Assembly (NCBI GenBank): GCA_003345555.1 | Contig: PRDJ01000010.1 | Coordinates: forward strand, 74,513 to 106,512 | From: Candidatus Thorarchaeota archaeon | GTDB taxonomy: Archaea; Asgardarchaeota; Thorarchaeia; Thorarchaeales; Thorarchaeaceae | Direction: 5' to 3' | Length of the DNA stretch: 32,000 nt | Part shown: positions 16,256 to 26,864 of the stretch, piece by piece | Layout of the letters: every line of letters starts with the position of its first letter | How positions within the stretch are numbered: the stretch's first letter is position 1 | Made by a program: the position numbers and the translations under genes | The notes under the pieces: generated by a model | Told to the model about the DNA's origin: nothing | Databases searched by the model: none | What the model saw: the letters and a program-made list of their open reading frames with translations, nothing else

Positions 16256-18175
16256 TTATCTCAGCTTCGCACTCTCAGTGACGGTGAGGGCTTTCGTTTC
16301 GATGTTCAACGCCTTGTGGATGGTAGAAGCGAGATTCATGCACTTTGTGGCCTCACCATGACATGTCAGTATCATTTCAGGTACTGGACTCACTCTCTTG
16401 ACGAAACTCAGAATCTGTTTTCTGTCTGAGTGACCAGAGAAGCCTTCCACGGTCTCGACGGTCAAGTTCACCGGGACCACAGTCACGTTGCCTTCGCGAT
16501 TGCGCATCTGTATTTCTTTCCATCCCTTCTGAACTCTGCGTCCAAGTGTTCCTTCGCCCTGGTAGCTAACAAAGACAACTGCATTATTGACATCTGGGGC
16601 TAGGAGTCTGAAATAGTCAACACTGGGACCGCCTGCAAGCATACCTGACGTGGCCATGATTATGCAGGGCTCACCTGCAACGATTTGTTCGCGTTGATCA
16701 GGATTATCGACTTGAGTGAATATCTCATTCAAGAACGGGTTCACGCCTTGATGGAATATCTTCTCCCGTATTTTCTTGCTAAGCGCCTCAGGATGGGTGG
16801 TGTGTATCGCAGTAGCCTGAGCTATCATCCCCTCAATATAGACCGGAACCTTCGGGATACGGCCTGTGGTGACAAGATCCTCTAGCACGAGCATGATTTC
16901 CTGTGCACGCCCAACTGCAAGCACGGGTATGAGCACCTTTCCTCTTCTTTCAATCGTCCTCTTTATCACGGACGCAAACTTCCTTTCGACTTCTTGCCTC
17001 GGCGCCATCTTGTCGGTGGGGTGACCGTACGTGCTTTCTATAATAAGAGTCTCCAATCTCGGGAAGGTGAATGTTGCTGGTTCCAAGAGTCTTGTTCTTC
17101 CGAACTTGAAGTCGCCAGTATATGCGAGATTGTACTGGCCGTCCCCTACATGAAGGTGAACGATTGCAGACCCAAGAATATGACCTGCATTGTGCAATGT
17201 GAGTCTGACATCAGGAGCAATGTCAGTGACCTCACCATAGTTCAGAGGTATGGTATGGATTATGCCCTCCTTGACATCCCGGTCTCTGTAGGGTCTCAAT
17301 TTTCCTTCTCGTTCAGCGACCTCCAAGTAGTCTAGCTGAAGCAGAGTTGACAAGTTCAATGTTGGTGCTGTCATGTAGACAGGACCGCGGTATCCGTACT
17401 TGAAGAGGAACGGAACCATTCCACAGTGATCTAGGTGTGCATGGCTGACTATGACCGCATCCAGCTTGTCTATATTCAGCTCTGGCATATCGAGTCGTGG
17501 AAAGGCCCTGTCGGGTGCTCCCACGTTGACGCCGCATTCTAGAAGAATGTTGGTTTCGCTTGTCTGCAGCAGCATGCACTGCCTACCGACTTCGCGGAAA
17601 CCGCCAAGGGCTGTCAATCTTATCCAGCCATTATCAATGAGAATCGGGCGATGAATTCTCCTGCCTATTTCTCGAAACACTTTGTTGCGGGTCGCAGATT
17701 CAGTCTGTACTATGTAACGTATCTGCTTGATTAGTTTGCTCTCCATCGGTGGTGTTCGCATCACGTTGGGCCGCCAGAATGTCTGTCGCGTGATTTCCCT
17801 GAGGGTAATCCCGTTCCTTCCTATAACGAGGCCGGGTTTCTGAGCTTCGATGACCACTTCGCCGCGTGAATCGTCGAAGTCGATCGACGTAATCTCTGCT
17901 TCTGTGGGCACGAGTTCACGAACTGCTTTCTCAGCGTCCTCATGTGGTAAACGGACCTCAGGTGCTGACCGTACCACGATACGCTTCCTCATCTTGCGTG
18001 CCAGCGCCTTGATCCTGTCGCCGTCATCAAGTAATATCTTGGGAGCTTTCGAATAGATCGCTATCTCAGGTCCCTCATACTCAACTGAGCTTATGGCCGC
18101 TGAGCGAGGCAGAGATTTCATGACTGCCTCTCTAACATCGGTGACTTCCTTCTCTTCTCCGTTCTCAGAATTCAT
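16256..18175 (-). CDS. aCPSF1/FttA KH-domain metallo-beta-lactamase beta-CASP ribonuclease
   Basis: N-terminal KH domains, GGFREVGR, SHAHLDHCG, HNAGHILGS, YTGDF, ESTYG, GFSGHSD and HGE; next to psmB. Confidence 0.96.
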   Translation of the reverse strand: MNSENGEEKEVTDVREAVMKSLPRSAAISSVEYEGPEIAIYSKAPKILLDDGDRIKALARKMRKRIVVRSAPEVRLPHEDAEKAVRELVPTEAEITSIDFDDSRGEVVIEAQKPGLVIGRNGITLREITRQTFWRPNVMRTPPMESKLIKQIRYIVQTESATRNKVFREIGRRIHRPILIDNGWIRLTALGGFREVGRQCMLLQTSETNILLECGVNVGAPDRAFPRLDMPELNIDKLDAVIVSHAHLDHCGMVPFLFKYGYRGPVYMTAPTLNLSTLLQLDYLEVAEREGKLRPYRDRDVKEGIIHTIPLNYGEVTDIAPDVRLTLHNAGHILGSAIVHLHVGDGQYNLAYTGDFKFGRTRLLEPATFTFPRLETLIIESTYGHPTDKMAPRQEVERKFASVIKRTIERRGKVLIPVLAVGRAQEIMLVLEDLVTTGRIPKVPVYIEGMIAQATAIHTTHPEALSKKIREKIFHQGVNPFLNEIFTQVDNPDQREQIVAGEPCIIMATSGMLAGGPSVDYFRLLAPDVNNAVVFVSYQGEGTLGRRVQKGWKEIQMRNREGNVTVVPVNLTVETVEGFSGHSDRKQILSFVKRVSPVPEMILTCHGEATKCMNLASTIHKALNIETKALTVTESAKLR

Positions 18176-18299
18176 CCAGAGTCACTTCTCTGTTGTAGGT
18201 CTGTCGCGTGACGAATCTGGCCTATCGTTTGTCAACAGTCCTCAGCGGGCTGGTCTCAAATGCGGTTCACGAAGTGAACCACGAGTAGGGTAAAACCGA

Positions 18300-18938
18300 T
18301 CAAGGTTTCTTCCAGATCTTCAGTATCTCATCCTTGGGCACTTCTTGGTAGCCGTCTTTGTCAATCACACTCACCAAGATTGAGTTCCCTGTGGCTGCAT
18401 CTCTCTCAATTGCAGTTGCAATAGTTCGCACGGCAAGCTCGATGGCCTTCTTCTTGGGAAGACCATCTTCGTATTCAGCCTCGAGCACACCAAGTGCGAC
18501 CGGGGAACCGGATCCAGTTGCAGTGTACTTGTCTGGCAGGACGGACCCAACAAAGTCGGTGTAGAAGACCTGCGGTCCTTCGTCGTCATAGCCTCCTACA
18601 AGGCATTGCAGCAGATAGCTACCTCGCGCCTGGAACATGATATTGCTTAGAAGGCGTGTCAAGGCCTTGACCCGCATCGGTCTGCCTCTCTGAATCTCGA
18701 ATAGCTTTGATTCAGCTCTCAGGAGATCCATCATCGATTGAGCATCTGCTACGGAGCCTGCAATGGTCGCGCCGATGCGATTAGTAATCTTGTAGATCTT
18801 CTGAGCAGTCTTGTTTGCTATCAGAAAGCCCATCGTAGCTCTCTGATCGCTGGCCAAGACCACGCAATCCTTAGCGATTAGGCCGATTGTCGTTGTTCCA
18901 GTTTTCAATTCCTCTGGTAACTGTGTCTGATGTTCCAT
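18300..18938 (-). CDS. psmB: proteasome beta subunit
   Basis: Propeptide followed by KTG|TTTIG, DQRATMG, TIAGSVADAQ, ATGSGS and RDAATG. Confidence 0.97.
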   Translation of the reverse strand: MEHQTQLPEELKTGTTTIGLIAKDCVVLASDQRATMGFLIANKTAQKIYKITNRIGATIAGSVADAQSMMDLLRAESKLFEIQRGRPMRVKALTRLLSNIMFQARGSYLLQCLVGGYDDEGPQVFYTDFVGSVLPDKYTATGSGSPVALGVLEAEYEDGLPKKKAIELAVRTIATAIERDAATGNSILVSVIDKDGYQEVPKDEILKIWKKP

Positions 18939-19204
18939 CGTGGAATAACTCCCTGTAGGCGAGATTGAGCCTTGTAGAACTAGCGACAGGTGCCCGGTCT
19001 TTACTTACCATTAAAAAGTTTGCCTTATGGTGGAGCTTCTTGTACTGTTGCACCCTTTAGGCAGAGAGCCAACAGAGGTCTCTCCTGGAAGGCACATCAA
19101 GAAGGTATTTCAAGAACTCCGAAGCCTGATGCGAATCCTCTCTTGGCAGGCAGGGAGATATGCTTTGTGTGAGATCTGGCATATCAGTCGAGATTGGTGA
19201 TAGA

Positions 19205-19729
19205 ATGATGAAAGCTACATATGCAGTGGTCATTCTCAGGATTCTCTTGGCACCCGTCTTCTTCTGCGCATTCACGTGGGGCTTCACTGAGCTGGCAATC
19301 TTCCTCTATATCGCAGCATTTGCGTCGGATATTGTGGACGGACGCCTGGCAGAGAGGCAAGGAATAATCCTGCGGTCGACTCTCGAAGCCTATCTTGACC
19401 CATTTGCAGATTTCGTGTTAATCTTCATATCTTTCTATGCATTCACTCTTAGAGAAATCTACCCAGCTTGGATTCTGGTTGTATTCGTCTTCATGTTTCT
19501 GTTCTTCGTCATCTCGTCGAATAATAGAGAGCCCCTTTACGACCCTATGGGAAAATACTATGGGGTGTTTCTCATGACAGCAATTGGCATCACTCTCATC
19601 TTTCCATTTGACCCTGTCACAAATGTCGTTCTACTTCTTATCATTGCATATACACTTGGATTGGTATTCTTTCGAGCAGTCTTCCTATGGAAGCGTCGTA
19701 TGAAGGCACAAGACCCATTAAGGAAATGA
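19205..19729 (+). CDS. CDP-alcohol phosphatidyltransferase family protein
   Basis: SDIVDGRLAERQG...AYLDPFADF matches the DxxDGxxAR...GxxxDxxxD motif with an R-to-E and a G-to-E change; multiple TM helices. Confidence 0.8.
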   Translation: MMKATYAVVILRILLAPVFFCAFTWGFTELAIFLYIAAFASDIVDGRLAERQGIILRSTLEAYLDPFADFVLIFISFYAFTLREIYPAWILVVFVFMFLFFVISSNNREPLYDPMGKYYGVFLMTAIGITLIFPFDPVTNVVLLLIIAYTLGLVFFRAVFLWKRRMKAQDPLRK

Positions 19730-19762
19730 AGATGAAACAAGTAGCATTGCGAGGTAGACGTT

Positions 19763-20308
19763 ATGAGAAAGAGGCGTTTCTGCATGCTTCTTTTGGTAAT
19801 CACGATTACAGGATTGTTTGCCACTGCAGGGATTGTCCTCGCCCTCAATAGTCGTGAGATTGTCCGGGCTGTGGAAGTCCGGAATCCGACCGGATCAAAG
19901 GGCACTGTTTTTGTTGTATTCCGACCCGGTGTCACAGGCTTCAATGAAGACATTGTCAATGCATTCATCCGAGGCTTAATAGCCTCGGATTGGCGAGTCG
20001 AAGTAACAACGAGTTCACAGCAGACTCCAACAAACGTCACAGCATACAACATAATCGTGTTAGGCACCCCAACTAACGGAGGAAAACCACATCAATCGAT
20101 GTTAGATTATCTCGCACGTGTTAACTTCGGAGGAAAGTCGGTCATATTGATTCTCACATCTGGAGGGGACGGACTAGATTCAATGGGCTATTTCAGGGAC
20201 GCAACTATCAATGCAAATGGAACGGTTCTTACTGAGCTTCGTTTCCAGCTTTTTGAAGCGGGTGCAGCAGACAGAGCCTATACTGCCGGAACTGAAGTTG
20301 CAGTATAG
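19763..20308 (+). CDS. flavodoxin-fold protein with N-terminal signal/TM helix
   Basis: Hydrophobic N-terminus after MRKRR; YNIIVLGTPTNGG and GKSVILILTSGG are flavodoxin-like strands. Confidence 0.7.
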   Translation: MRKRRFCMLLLVITITGLFATAGIVLALNSREIVRAVEVRNPTGSKGTVFVVFRPGVTGFNEDIVNAFIRGLIASDWRVEVTTSSQQTPTNVTAYNIIVLGTPTNGGKPHQSMLDYLARVNFGGKSVILILTSGGDGLDSMGYFRDATINANGTVLTELRFQLFEAGAADRAYTAGTEVAV

Positions 20309-20384
20309 ACGGTGCGATAGACAGGTCTTATGGCCTTTGACCAATCACCGGCAACAACCTGCGACTAGATCGTAGTGGCTGACA

Positions 20385-21149
20385 CTAACTAGGAGTCTGC
20401 CCCGTCGTGTTCTCTTTCGGACGCTCATACGTCACGATGAACTTCACCTGCTTTGCATCCGGGTTCAGCTTGAGAACATCTGCCGCAACACCGATTTCGG
20501 CGTATTGGACGCCTTCGAGGTAGCGCGTCTCCTTTGGCATCTCTATGGTAATTGTCTCTTTTGAAGCGGAGACAGTATACTTGTCATTTGGAATGCCGGG
20601 TATTCTTCTCTTGATGACAGCCATGATTTTCTGATTCGGATCTCGCACCATCTCTTTCACGGTCACATCGAAGACCAGAGTCTTTCCCGCTAGAGGCGGA
20701 TTGAAGTCCACTCTCAACTGCCGTCCGAGGTCAGCGGTAATGGTTCCTTGTTCGTTGCCAACTTTCACTTGTTCTCCTTTTGCCGGACGTACTCCAGACT
20801 TCAGAATCTTCGCACGAGGAATCAGTTTGAGCTTCTTTGGGTCTCTTATTCCCGCACCCTTCTCTGGGGGGATTTCGACAGTCTTGCTTTCACCAACCTT
20901 CATGCCGACGAGCTGCTCCTCAAGTGCTGGAAGCAGCCATTTCCATCCGATGGCGACTAGCATAGGCTCGTAACGGTCGTTTTCCTTGAACAACCCCTCC
21001 TTTTTTGCGACTTCCTCCAAAGTAAGATCGAAAATCCGTCCGTCATCCTTTGTTCTAGCTACATAATCGATGTATATCAGATTGCCATCACTGACTACGT
21101 CTGCGTTACCTTGGGGAGTCTCGCCTTTTCGGCTTGCTTTCTCAGCCAT
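20385..21149 (-). CDS. slyD: FKBP-type peptidyl-prolyl isomerase, long archaeal SlyD-like
   Basis: IYIDYVARTKDDGRIFDLT...VEIPPEKGAG...VDFNPPLAGKTLVF. Confidence 0.92.
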   Translation of the reverse strand: MAEKASRKGETPQGNADVVSDGNLIYIDYVARTKDDGRIFDLTLEEVAKKEGLFKENDRYEPMLVAIGWKWLLPALEEQLVGMKVGESKTVEIPPEKGAGIRDPKKLKLIPRAKILKSGVRPAKGEQVKVGNEQGTITADLGRQLRVDFNPPLAGKTLVFDVTVKEMVRDPNQKIMAVIKRRIPGIPNDKYTVSASKETITIEMPKETRYLEGVQYAEIGVAADVLKLNPDAKQVKFIVTYERPKENTTGQTPS

Positions 21150-21210
21150 CTCGATTCCTTCGTTTTACTCAAGGTTGGATTCTGGAGGTCTAATTCTACT
21201 GTTCATAAAA

Positions 21211-21810
21211 TCATTTCCGTTGAGGCGGCAGTACTCCCCTGAGGACATGTATTTCCTCGAAAAAGAGATGCTCCTGAAGTTCGTCGCTGACTGTCAATCC
21301 ATGACCTTCCATTGCAGTCCAGACTCGTTTGACATCACCGAGAGACGAGACAACGACATAGATGGACCCCGCTGGGAGAATGTGCCCTGCCGCTTGATGA
21401 ACGAATTCAACTGCCAGTTCCGTTCCAACGCCTCCCCCTACCAATGCATGATCAAGTTCCGTTCTGAAACCGTCGCTTGGCAGATACGGTGGATTGAATG
21501 CCAGAGCTGAGAAACGGGCGGATGAGCAGATTGATGTCAAGAGATCGGACTGGATGATTGAGCACCTTTCCTCCAAGCCATTCCTTCTTGCATTCTGAAT
21601 GGTGTTTTGGACAGCGGCTATCGAAATGTCTGAGCCTATGACCAATCGGGCTGTTCTTGCTGCATTCAGAGTAATCAGTCCAGTTCCACAACCAACCTCC
21701 AGAAATGTGTCGTGTGGCCGAAGGGCGATTGCCCCGAGGAGGAGGTATGTATCTTCGGATGGCGGATAGACACCCGAGCCAACTGTGATATCAAGAACCT
21801 CGTCTTTCAT
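21211..21810 (-). CDS. HemK2/N6AMT1-like release factor glutamine methyltransferase
   Basis: VYPPSEDTYLL, FLEVGCGTG and FNPPYLP motifs. Confidence 0.92.
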   Translation of the reverse strand: MKDEVLDITVGSGVYPPSEDTYLLLGAIALRPHDTFLEVGCGTGLITLNAARTARLVIGSDISIAAVQNTIQNARRNGLEERCSIIQSDLLTSICSSARFSALAFNPPYLPSDGFRTELDHALVGGGVGTELAVEFVHQAAGHILPAGSIYVVVSSLGDVKRVWTAMEGHGLTVSDELQEHLFFEEIHVLRGVLPPQRK

Positions 21811-22673
21811 TTCGGATTGCTCCTTGGATCGCGGAGCATTCCGTCCTCAATCGTCTCGAATACAGAGTCGGAGAGCGTGACGAGCTCATCCAAACTCAAC
21901 TCCCTCAGGCGCTCATTTCCACTCAGACCGCCCTGACATCTCTTGATGAGCTTCTCCGAGGTCTCATCATCGTAACGGAGATTCCGAAACCAGATTTTCA
22001 AGGCTTTTCGAATTTGCTTGTTCGGGTATGAGTAAATACCCCGTATCAACCAGTGGAATACTGTATCATCAAGAGCAAAGGAACCTGACGTGCGTGGTGT
22101 CATTCTTACTACTGTTGAATCGACCTTGGGCACAGGATAGAATTCCTTGGCTTGGACATTTCTTACTCTTTCAACGTGAGCCCTGTAAGTAACTTCAATC
22201 GTCAGACGCGAGTAGTCGCGCGAACCTGCCGGGGATAGGAGGCGTTCCGCGAATTCCTTCTGGTACATGAGTACCGCGCTCTCGAACCGCAACTCGTCAA
22301 GTAGCCTGAACGTAATAGGGGAGGATATGCTATATGGCAAGTTGGCTACAACCTTGTTGGCCGCCGGCAATCTGACGTCCAAGGCGTCTCCTTCGATGAC
22401 CTCGAGGTTTTCAGACTCTCCCAGCAGGTCTCTAAGAGCGATAGCAAGGGTCTTCTCTTTCTCGATAACGTAGATCTTGCGCACACGCGGCACAATGCGC
22501 CGTGTCAGAGTCCCCAGACCCCCTCCAATCTCTAGGACTGTATCATCAATGCTGAGGTGCGCTGCAATTACGATTTCCTCTGCAATCGAGCCGTTGATGA
22601 GAAAGCTCTGGCCGAGAGTCTTCTTGGGTTTAATGCCGTACTTAGCAAGCAGGGACTTTACGCTTTCTGACAA
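21807..22673 (-). CDS. ksgA: 16S rRNA adenine dimethyltransferase KsgA/Dim1
   Basis: KKTLGQSFL, VLEIGGGLG, VVANLPYSISSP, MYQKEFAERL and FYPVPKVDS. Confidence 0.96.
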   Translation of the reverse strand: MSESVKSLLAKYGIKPKKTLGQSFLINGSIAEEIVIAAHLSIDDTVLEIGGGLGTLTRRIVPRVRKIYVIEKEKTLAIALRDLLGESENLEVIEGDALDVRLPAANKVVANLPYSISSPITFRLLDELRFESAVLMYQKEFAERLLSPAGSRDYSRLTIEVTYRAHVERVRNVQAKEFYPVPKVDSTVVRMTPRTSGSFALDDTVFHWLIRGIYSYPNKQIRKALKIWFRNLRYDDETSEKLIKRCQGGLSGNERLRELSLDELVTLSDSVFETIEDGMLRDPRSNPK

Positions 22674-22698
22674 GAGAGGTCACCAACGCCATGGCCAC

Positions 22699-23292
22699 TC
22701 ATCTGTCGGGTTGTTCCTCGTTTCTAGGAGGAGGTCTGATGAAAAGCCACCGTCTGGTTTCCTCACCTAGCTCTGTAATGATTCTAGCTGTGACGGCTTT
22801 CTTAGGATTCTGCAGTTTCGTGCGGGCGGATATATCATCAAAGCTCTTGAACGGCTCTTTCTTCCTCTCTTCAAGAATAGCCCACATAAGGGTCTGCCCG
22901 ACTCCTGGAAGCAGCTGCAGTGAGTGCATTCTCGTGGTTAGTGGTTGTGCTTCGTTGAAGAACTGAACGAACCTACTCTCGTGCTTTGTGACGATGATTT
23001 CCACAACCAAGGGCAGTTCAGCTAGACTCTCAGGAGTTAGGTCTTCATACACGAGGCGGCGTTTGACATATTCTATCTTGCCGGTGTTTGTCTTTTGAAT
23101 GGCCACTCGTTCCTGTGAATGCGTCCTTGTGCCTGCTGCTGGTACGAGCTCCAGCAGGGTGAAGTGAGATTCGCCAACAGCTTGTATGACAGTCTCTCCT
23201 CTTGTACGAGAGGCACGAAGATGCAGCTTGGGCGGGACGACTGCCAGGACATATGCATGGGTCTCTGACAATCTGGCTTGGGCTCCATCCAT
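22699..23292 (-). CDS. DUF655 family putative RNA-binding protein
   Basis: IQAVGESHFTLLEL...MHSLQLLPGVGQTLMWAILEERKKEPFKSFDDI; conserved rpoF-DUF655-ksgA order. Confidence 0.93.
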   Translation of the reverse strand: MDGAQARLSETHAYVLAVVPPKLHLRASRTRGETVIQAVGESHFTLLELVPAAGTRTHSQERVAIQKTNTGKIEYVKRRLVYEDLTPESLAELPLVVEIIVTKHESRFVQFFNEAQPLTTRMHSLQLLPGVGQTLMWAILEERKKEPFKSFDDISARTKLQNPKKAVTARIITELGEETRRWLFIRPPPRNEEQPDR

Positions 23293-23410
23293 CTGATTTC
23301 TCTCCTGTCACGAACAAGCTGCATTGCGCTTAACAAATGCGATTTGCGATAAAAACCAATCGGGAAGTGAGGAAGAATGTGCGTGTTCAGCGGATAATCG
23401 TGATGGGCGC

Positions 23411-23755
23411 TTATGCCTTTTCAGCTCTACTCTTTTCGACCAAATCAACAATCTCAGCTATCTGTTCATCCGTCACCGAGCTTGACCTCGCATCAAGTAT
23501 CGTCCTCATCTCTTCACGAGTAACAGGTGCGATATTGACTACCTGAACAGCCAGAGACCTAGTGATGTTGTACGTCTTCATGAGCTTCTCAATCACCTTT
23601 GCTGCCACTGCGGGCGGCATCTTGGAAAACGCATTTGCGTGTTCAAGTGTGATTGACTGCTGGAAGGAGAGTTCACCTTCTTTTGCACGCTTGCTAAGGA
23701 CCTTCTTTACTTGAGGAAGACTGATTTCCTCCTCACTAATGATCTCCTTGGGCAT
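23411..23755 (-). CDS. rpoF: RNA polymerase subunit Rpo4 (F)
   Basis: ISLPQVKKVL...ELSFQQSITLEHANAFSK...AVQVVNIAPVTREEMRTIL. Confidence 0.93.
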   Translation of the reverse strand: MPKEIISEEEISLPQVKKVLSKRAKEGELSFQQSITLEHANAFSKMPPAVAAKVIEKLMKTYNITRSLAVQVVNIAPVTREEMRTILDARSSSVTDEQIAEIVDLVEKSRAEKA

Positions 23756-23765
23756 GTCCTAACAC

Positions 23766-24062
23766 TCAGCCTCTGCTTGGTCGAATGTGTTCAGGTCTCA
23801 GAATAAGGGTTCTCATGGCCTTGCCTACCGGCACATCAACGACGACCGCCCTGCCTCTCTTAGCACTTATAACACCCGATCTGCCTTGGTATCTACGATG
23901 CGGCATTCCTTTGTGAAAGCTCGGGTTGATGACTATGTTGACTCGCTGCCCAACCTCATACTCTCTGAGTATGGTACTGAGAGGAGTGATACCTCGCGTG
24001 CGAACGTTCTTGCTCATTAGGCCGCGCGTCCGAGCACGGTAGCCATGACTCTTCTTGACCAT
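23766..24062 (-). CDS. rpl21e: 50S ribosomal protein L21e
   Basis: MVKKSHGYRARTRGLM...GMPHRRYQGRSG...RPEHI. Confidence 0.97.
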   Translation of the reverse strand: MVKKSHGYRARTRGLMSKNVRTRGITPLSTILREYEVGQRVNIVINPSFHKGMPHRRYQGRSGVISAKRGRAVVVDVPVGKAMRTLILRPEHIRPSRG

Positions 24063-24154
24063 GGAGCATCATCCCGCTTGCTGTTGTACCTCAGCTTACC
24101 AAAAGTCGAGGGCACGGTATAGCCGAATTCCACAGAGAGCCCTTTGGTGAACAC

Positions 24155-25531
24155 TTAAGCATTATGGTCCGTTTCCGGGCCATGTATTGAAAGTACCGTC
24201 AGTTCGACGCACACGCACCCCGAATGCAAGATTTCGGACAATGAGGGAGTAGTCCTGCCGTTGTCTCCAGAGATAAGTTCCTTAACATAGGTTCCTCCTT
24301 GAACCTTGAAAGTTCCCTGTATGAGACCGTTGTCTGTGCTGGTGAGTTGTACTTCGTACACCCACTTCTTTCTAACAAGATCTCTCCTACGATGTGATAC
24401 ACGAGTCGGAGTCCTCTGATTTATCTCCACACCCGAGAGACCAGTTTCGGCTTCGCGCAGAGCCTCATCAGTCGGAATCTCGTCAACTCTAATCAGGGCT
24501 AAGTACTCCTTGATATTGTGTGACGCTTCATGCTTTAGTCTCTGTGCGTATTCTCGCTCTGTGTACTGAAGGTCTGAGACTTCTACCTTGCCTGCCGCCT
24601 GCTGATTGATTGTTTGAGTTACAGTGTCAAGATCCAGAGACCGTATCCGGGGTTCGGAGATTTCAACGACAAAAGGGCGGCCCCCGCCTAGCATCAGTGC
24701 GTCGATATCCTCCCTGCCCGCTGCATGGAACTTGAAACGGCTGCCATTTGCAGCGGTTTGAACGGGAATTCCGACATACTCCGAGACAGAGTCGGGATAT
24801 CTCCTGCCCGTGCCGCCACACGATTCACAGCCTTTCCCCCTGCATGCGGTGCAATCCCATCTGCTCTGAGGAATGCCTCTTACGAGCTTCCGATAGCATC
24901 CGTAGACGAATAGCGGGTTGATTTGGAGGTTCAAGGAATCCAATGCCATATCATAGACGATAACAAGCTCAGGACGCTCAAAGTTGGCTTCTCTACCGAG
25001 CGCTCTCTGGGCCTGTTTTCCCAACTCTCGGTTGAGGTCTCCTCTGAGAGGTTCTCCTCGAAGAAGGCCGTGACGTGCTCTCAGCTCGTCTTCCCGCTCT
25101 GCGACGCTCGGTATGGGCGTACATCCGACCAAGAAAGTGTCGAATTCGATGTCTCTTGTCTCCTCAACGATTCTCCCTACTATCGCAGGGATTCTGTCAA
25201 AGATGCTCTCTCCATTGACGAAACAAAGATAACACTTCTCAACTGTATCGTGCTCAATTCCATTCTTGCTGGCGAGAATCCTGGCAGGTTCGAACATTCC
25301 ATTGCCGGCCAGATTGGTGAGAAGTCTCACGCCGCTTTCTCTTTCACCAGACTTCAACAGCTCATCAGCTTTCATCGAAAGCAGGAGCTTAATCGACCTG
25401 CCGCGTTCACGATTCGAGGTACCAGTGCTCAGCCACGCAAACTGACGACCTAAGCACTGATCACAGAGAGGATACTGGCTAAGTAGCTGGTCCGCGACTT
25501 CCAAGGGATCTCTCATTTGTGAATCTCCCAT
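24155..25531 (-). CDS. pus10: tRNA pseudouridine 54/55 synthase Pus10
   Basis: LCDQCLGRQF, YRKLVRGIPQSRW, FHAAGREDIDALMLG and QGGTYVKELISGDNGRT. Confidence 0.96.
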   Translation of the reverse strand: MGDSQMRDPLEVADQLLSQYPLCDQCLGRQFAWLSTGTSNRERGRSIKLLLSMKADELLKSGERESGVRLLTNLAGNGMFEPARILASKNGIEHDTVEKCYLCFVNGESIFDRIPAIVGRIVEETRDIEFDTFLVGCTPIPSVAEREDELRARHGLLRGEPLRGDLNRELGKQAQRALGREANFERPELVIVYDMALDSLNLQINPLFVYGCYRKLVRGIPQSRWDCTACRGKGCESCGGTGRRYPDSVSEYVGIPVQTAANGSRFKFHAAGREDIDALMLGGGRPFVVEISEPRIRSLDLDTVTQTINQQAAGKVEVSDLQYTEREYAQRLKHEASHNIKEYLALIRVDEIPTDEALREAETGLSGVEINQRTPTRVSHRRRDLVRKKWVYEVQLTSTDNGLIQGTFKVQGGTYVKELISGDNGRTTPSLSEILHSGCVCVELTVLSIHGPETDHNA

Positions 25532-25553
25532 CTGGCAGGACCTCTCTCTGCCA

Positions 25554-26798
25554 TCAACCGCGGGTATGCCACATAAAGCTGTTCTTCGATATAGGGCTGA
25601 GTTGGCGAATCACCCGGAGACCAAGGCGGATCGCGCGAGGGTCAGTGAGAAGGCTTCTTATGATTCCCCATTGCATATCCATATCGCCTTCTCTTTCGAT
25701 TTTCTGAAGCAGGCCAAGCTCACTCGTTCCTCGTACTAGAACATCCATGCCTTGGTCCGACAGTGACACCAATGCTCTTTGTGCCAGAAACATGGCCCGA
25801 AGGTTACTCATAAACAGAGAGCGCCAGGCCATCTGGTATCGTTCGAGAAACCTCTCTGAACAATCTTTCTCTGAGATTGCCAATGATGCAACCTTGCCTG
25901 CGATAGTTCCGGCCATGCCGCCGATAATCACGCCTCCTCCAGTTGTGGCCTTCACCATTCCCGCAGCGTCTCCTGCCACTAGTATTCCCGACGCGTATGT
26001 CTTTCTGATTGGCATGCCGACAAGAACTGTGCCCCCGAAGGTTCTATCAATCGAAGCTCGTGAGAATCTCTCACTCATGATAGGATGATGTTCAATAACT
26101 GCATTCAAGCGCGTCTTTGCTGCACTGAATGCTGCCAGACCGACTCTTGCTCGGCCATCTCCAAGAGGAATGTTCCATGCAAAGAACCCCGGGGCGACTT
26201 GTCTGCCATAATACATCTCGGCGACATTATCATCAACCTCCGCTCCCCGCATCTCATACTGATAGGCAGGATACTTGTTTGTTCTTGGCACAATTGGCAG
26301 TCCAACCGACTTTGAGAGTCTGCAGACAGCTCCTTCCGCATTGATTACGATAGCGGCGCGATAGTGCTCTGTTGCTCCACCATGTTGTACCGATACTCCG
26401 GTTATCTTGCCATTCTGCATATTCAGTGAACGAACCTGGGCCCCTGTGATGACGACCGCTCCGCTATCTTGAGCCCTGTCCGCAAGCCACATGTCGAACC
26501 TGTGTCTGTCCACAACAACAGCCTCGCGACGACCCCGCTCGATTAGCAGAGAGTTGCCCGAGGGTGAATAGACTCTTGCTCCGCGTACCGTGTTCAGAAT
26601 CACATCTTGAGGCGGCTTTAGTCCGAGTGACCTTAGACCTGACAGGCTAAGAAGGCCTGCGCAGTGGTCCGGTTCTCCAATGCTGCGATGTTCTTCAAGA
26701 ACAATTACATCGTGACCGTTCCCTGCTATTGTGGCTGCAGCAAGCAAACCGGCTGGTCCTGCACCTACAACAATGGCATCGTGGTCTAGACTCGTCAT
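25554..26798 (-). CDS. geranylgeranyl reductase family FAD-dependent oxidoreductase
   Basis: DAIVVGAGPAG Rossmann motif, HCAG, DRHRFD, GFFAWNIP, VAGDAAGMVKATTGGGV. Start set at ATG 26798 (the track start overlaps pth2). Confidence 0.88.
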   Translation of the reverse strand: MTSLDHDAIVVGAGPAGLLAAATIAGNGHDVIVLEEHRSIGEPDHCAGLLSLSGLRSLGLKPPQDVILNTVRGARVYSPSGNSLLIERGRREAVVVDRHRFDMWLADRAQDSGAVVITGAQVRSLNMQNGKITGVSVQHGGATEHYRAAIVINAEGAVCRLSKSVGLPIVPRTNKYPAYQYEMRGAEVDDNVAEMYYGRQVAPGFFAWNIPLGDGRARVGLAAFSAAKTRLNAVIEHHPIMSERFSRASIDRTFGGTVLVGMPIRKTYASGILVAGDAAGMVKATTGGGVIIGGMAGTIAGKVASLAISEKDCSERFLERYQMAWRSLFMSNLRAMFLAQRALVSLSDQGMDVLVRGTSELGLLQKIEREGDMDMQWGIIRSLLTDPRAIRLGLRVIRQLSPISKNSFMWHTRG

Positions 26799-26864
26799 CG
26801 CATCTAGTAGAGCTACTAGCACCTTTTTATCTGTCGTCTTACTTGGCTCCACAGTGATAACCAG

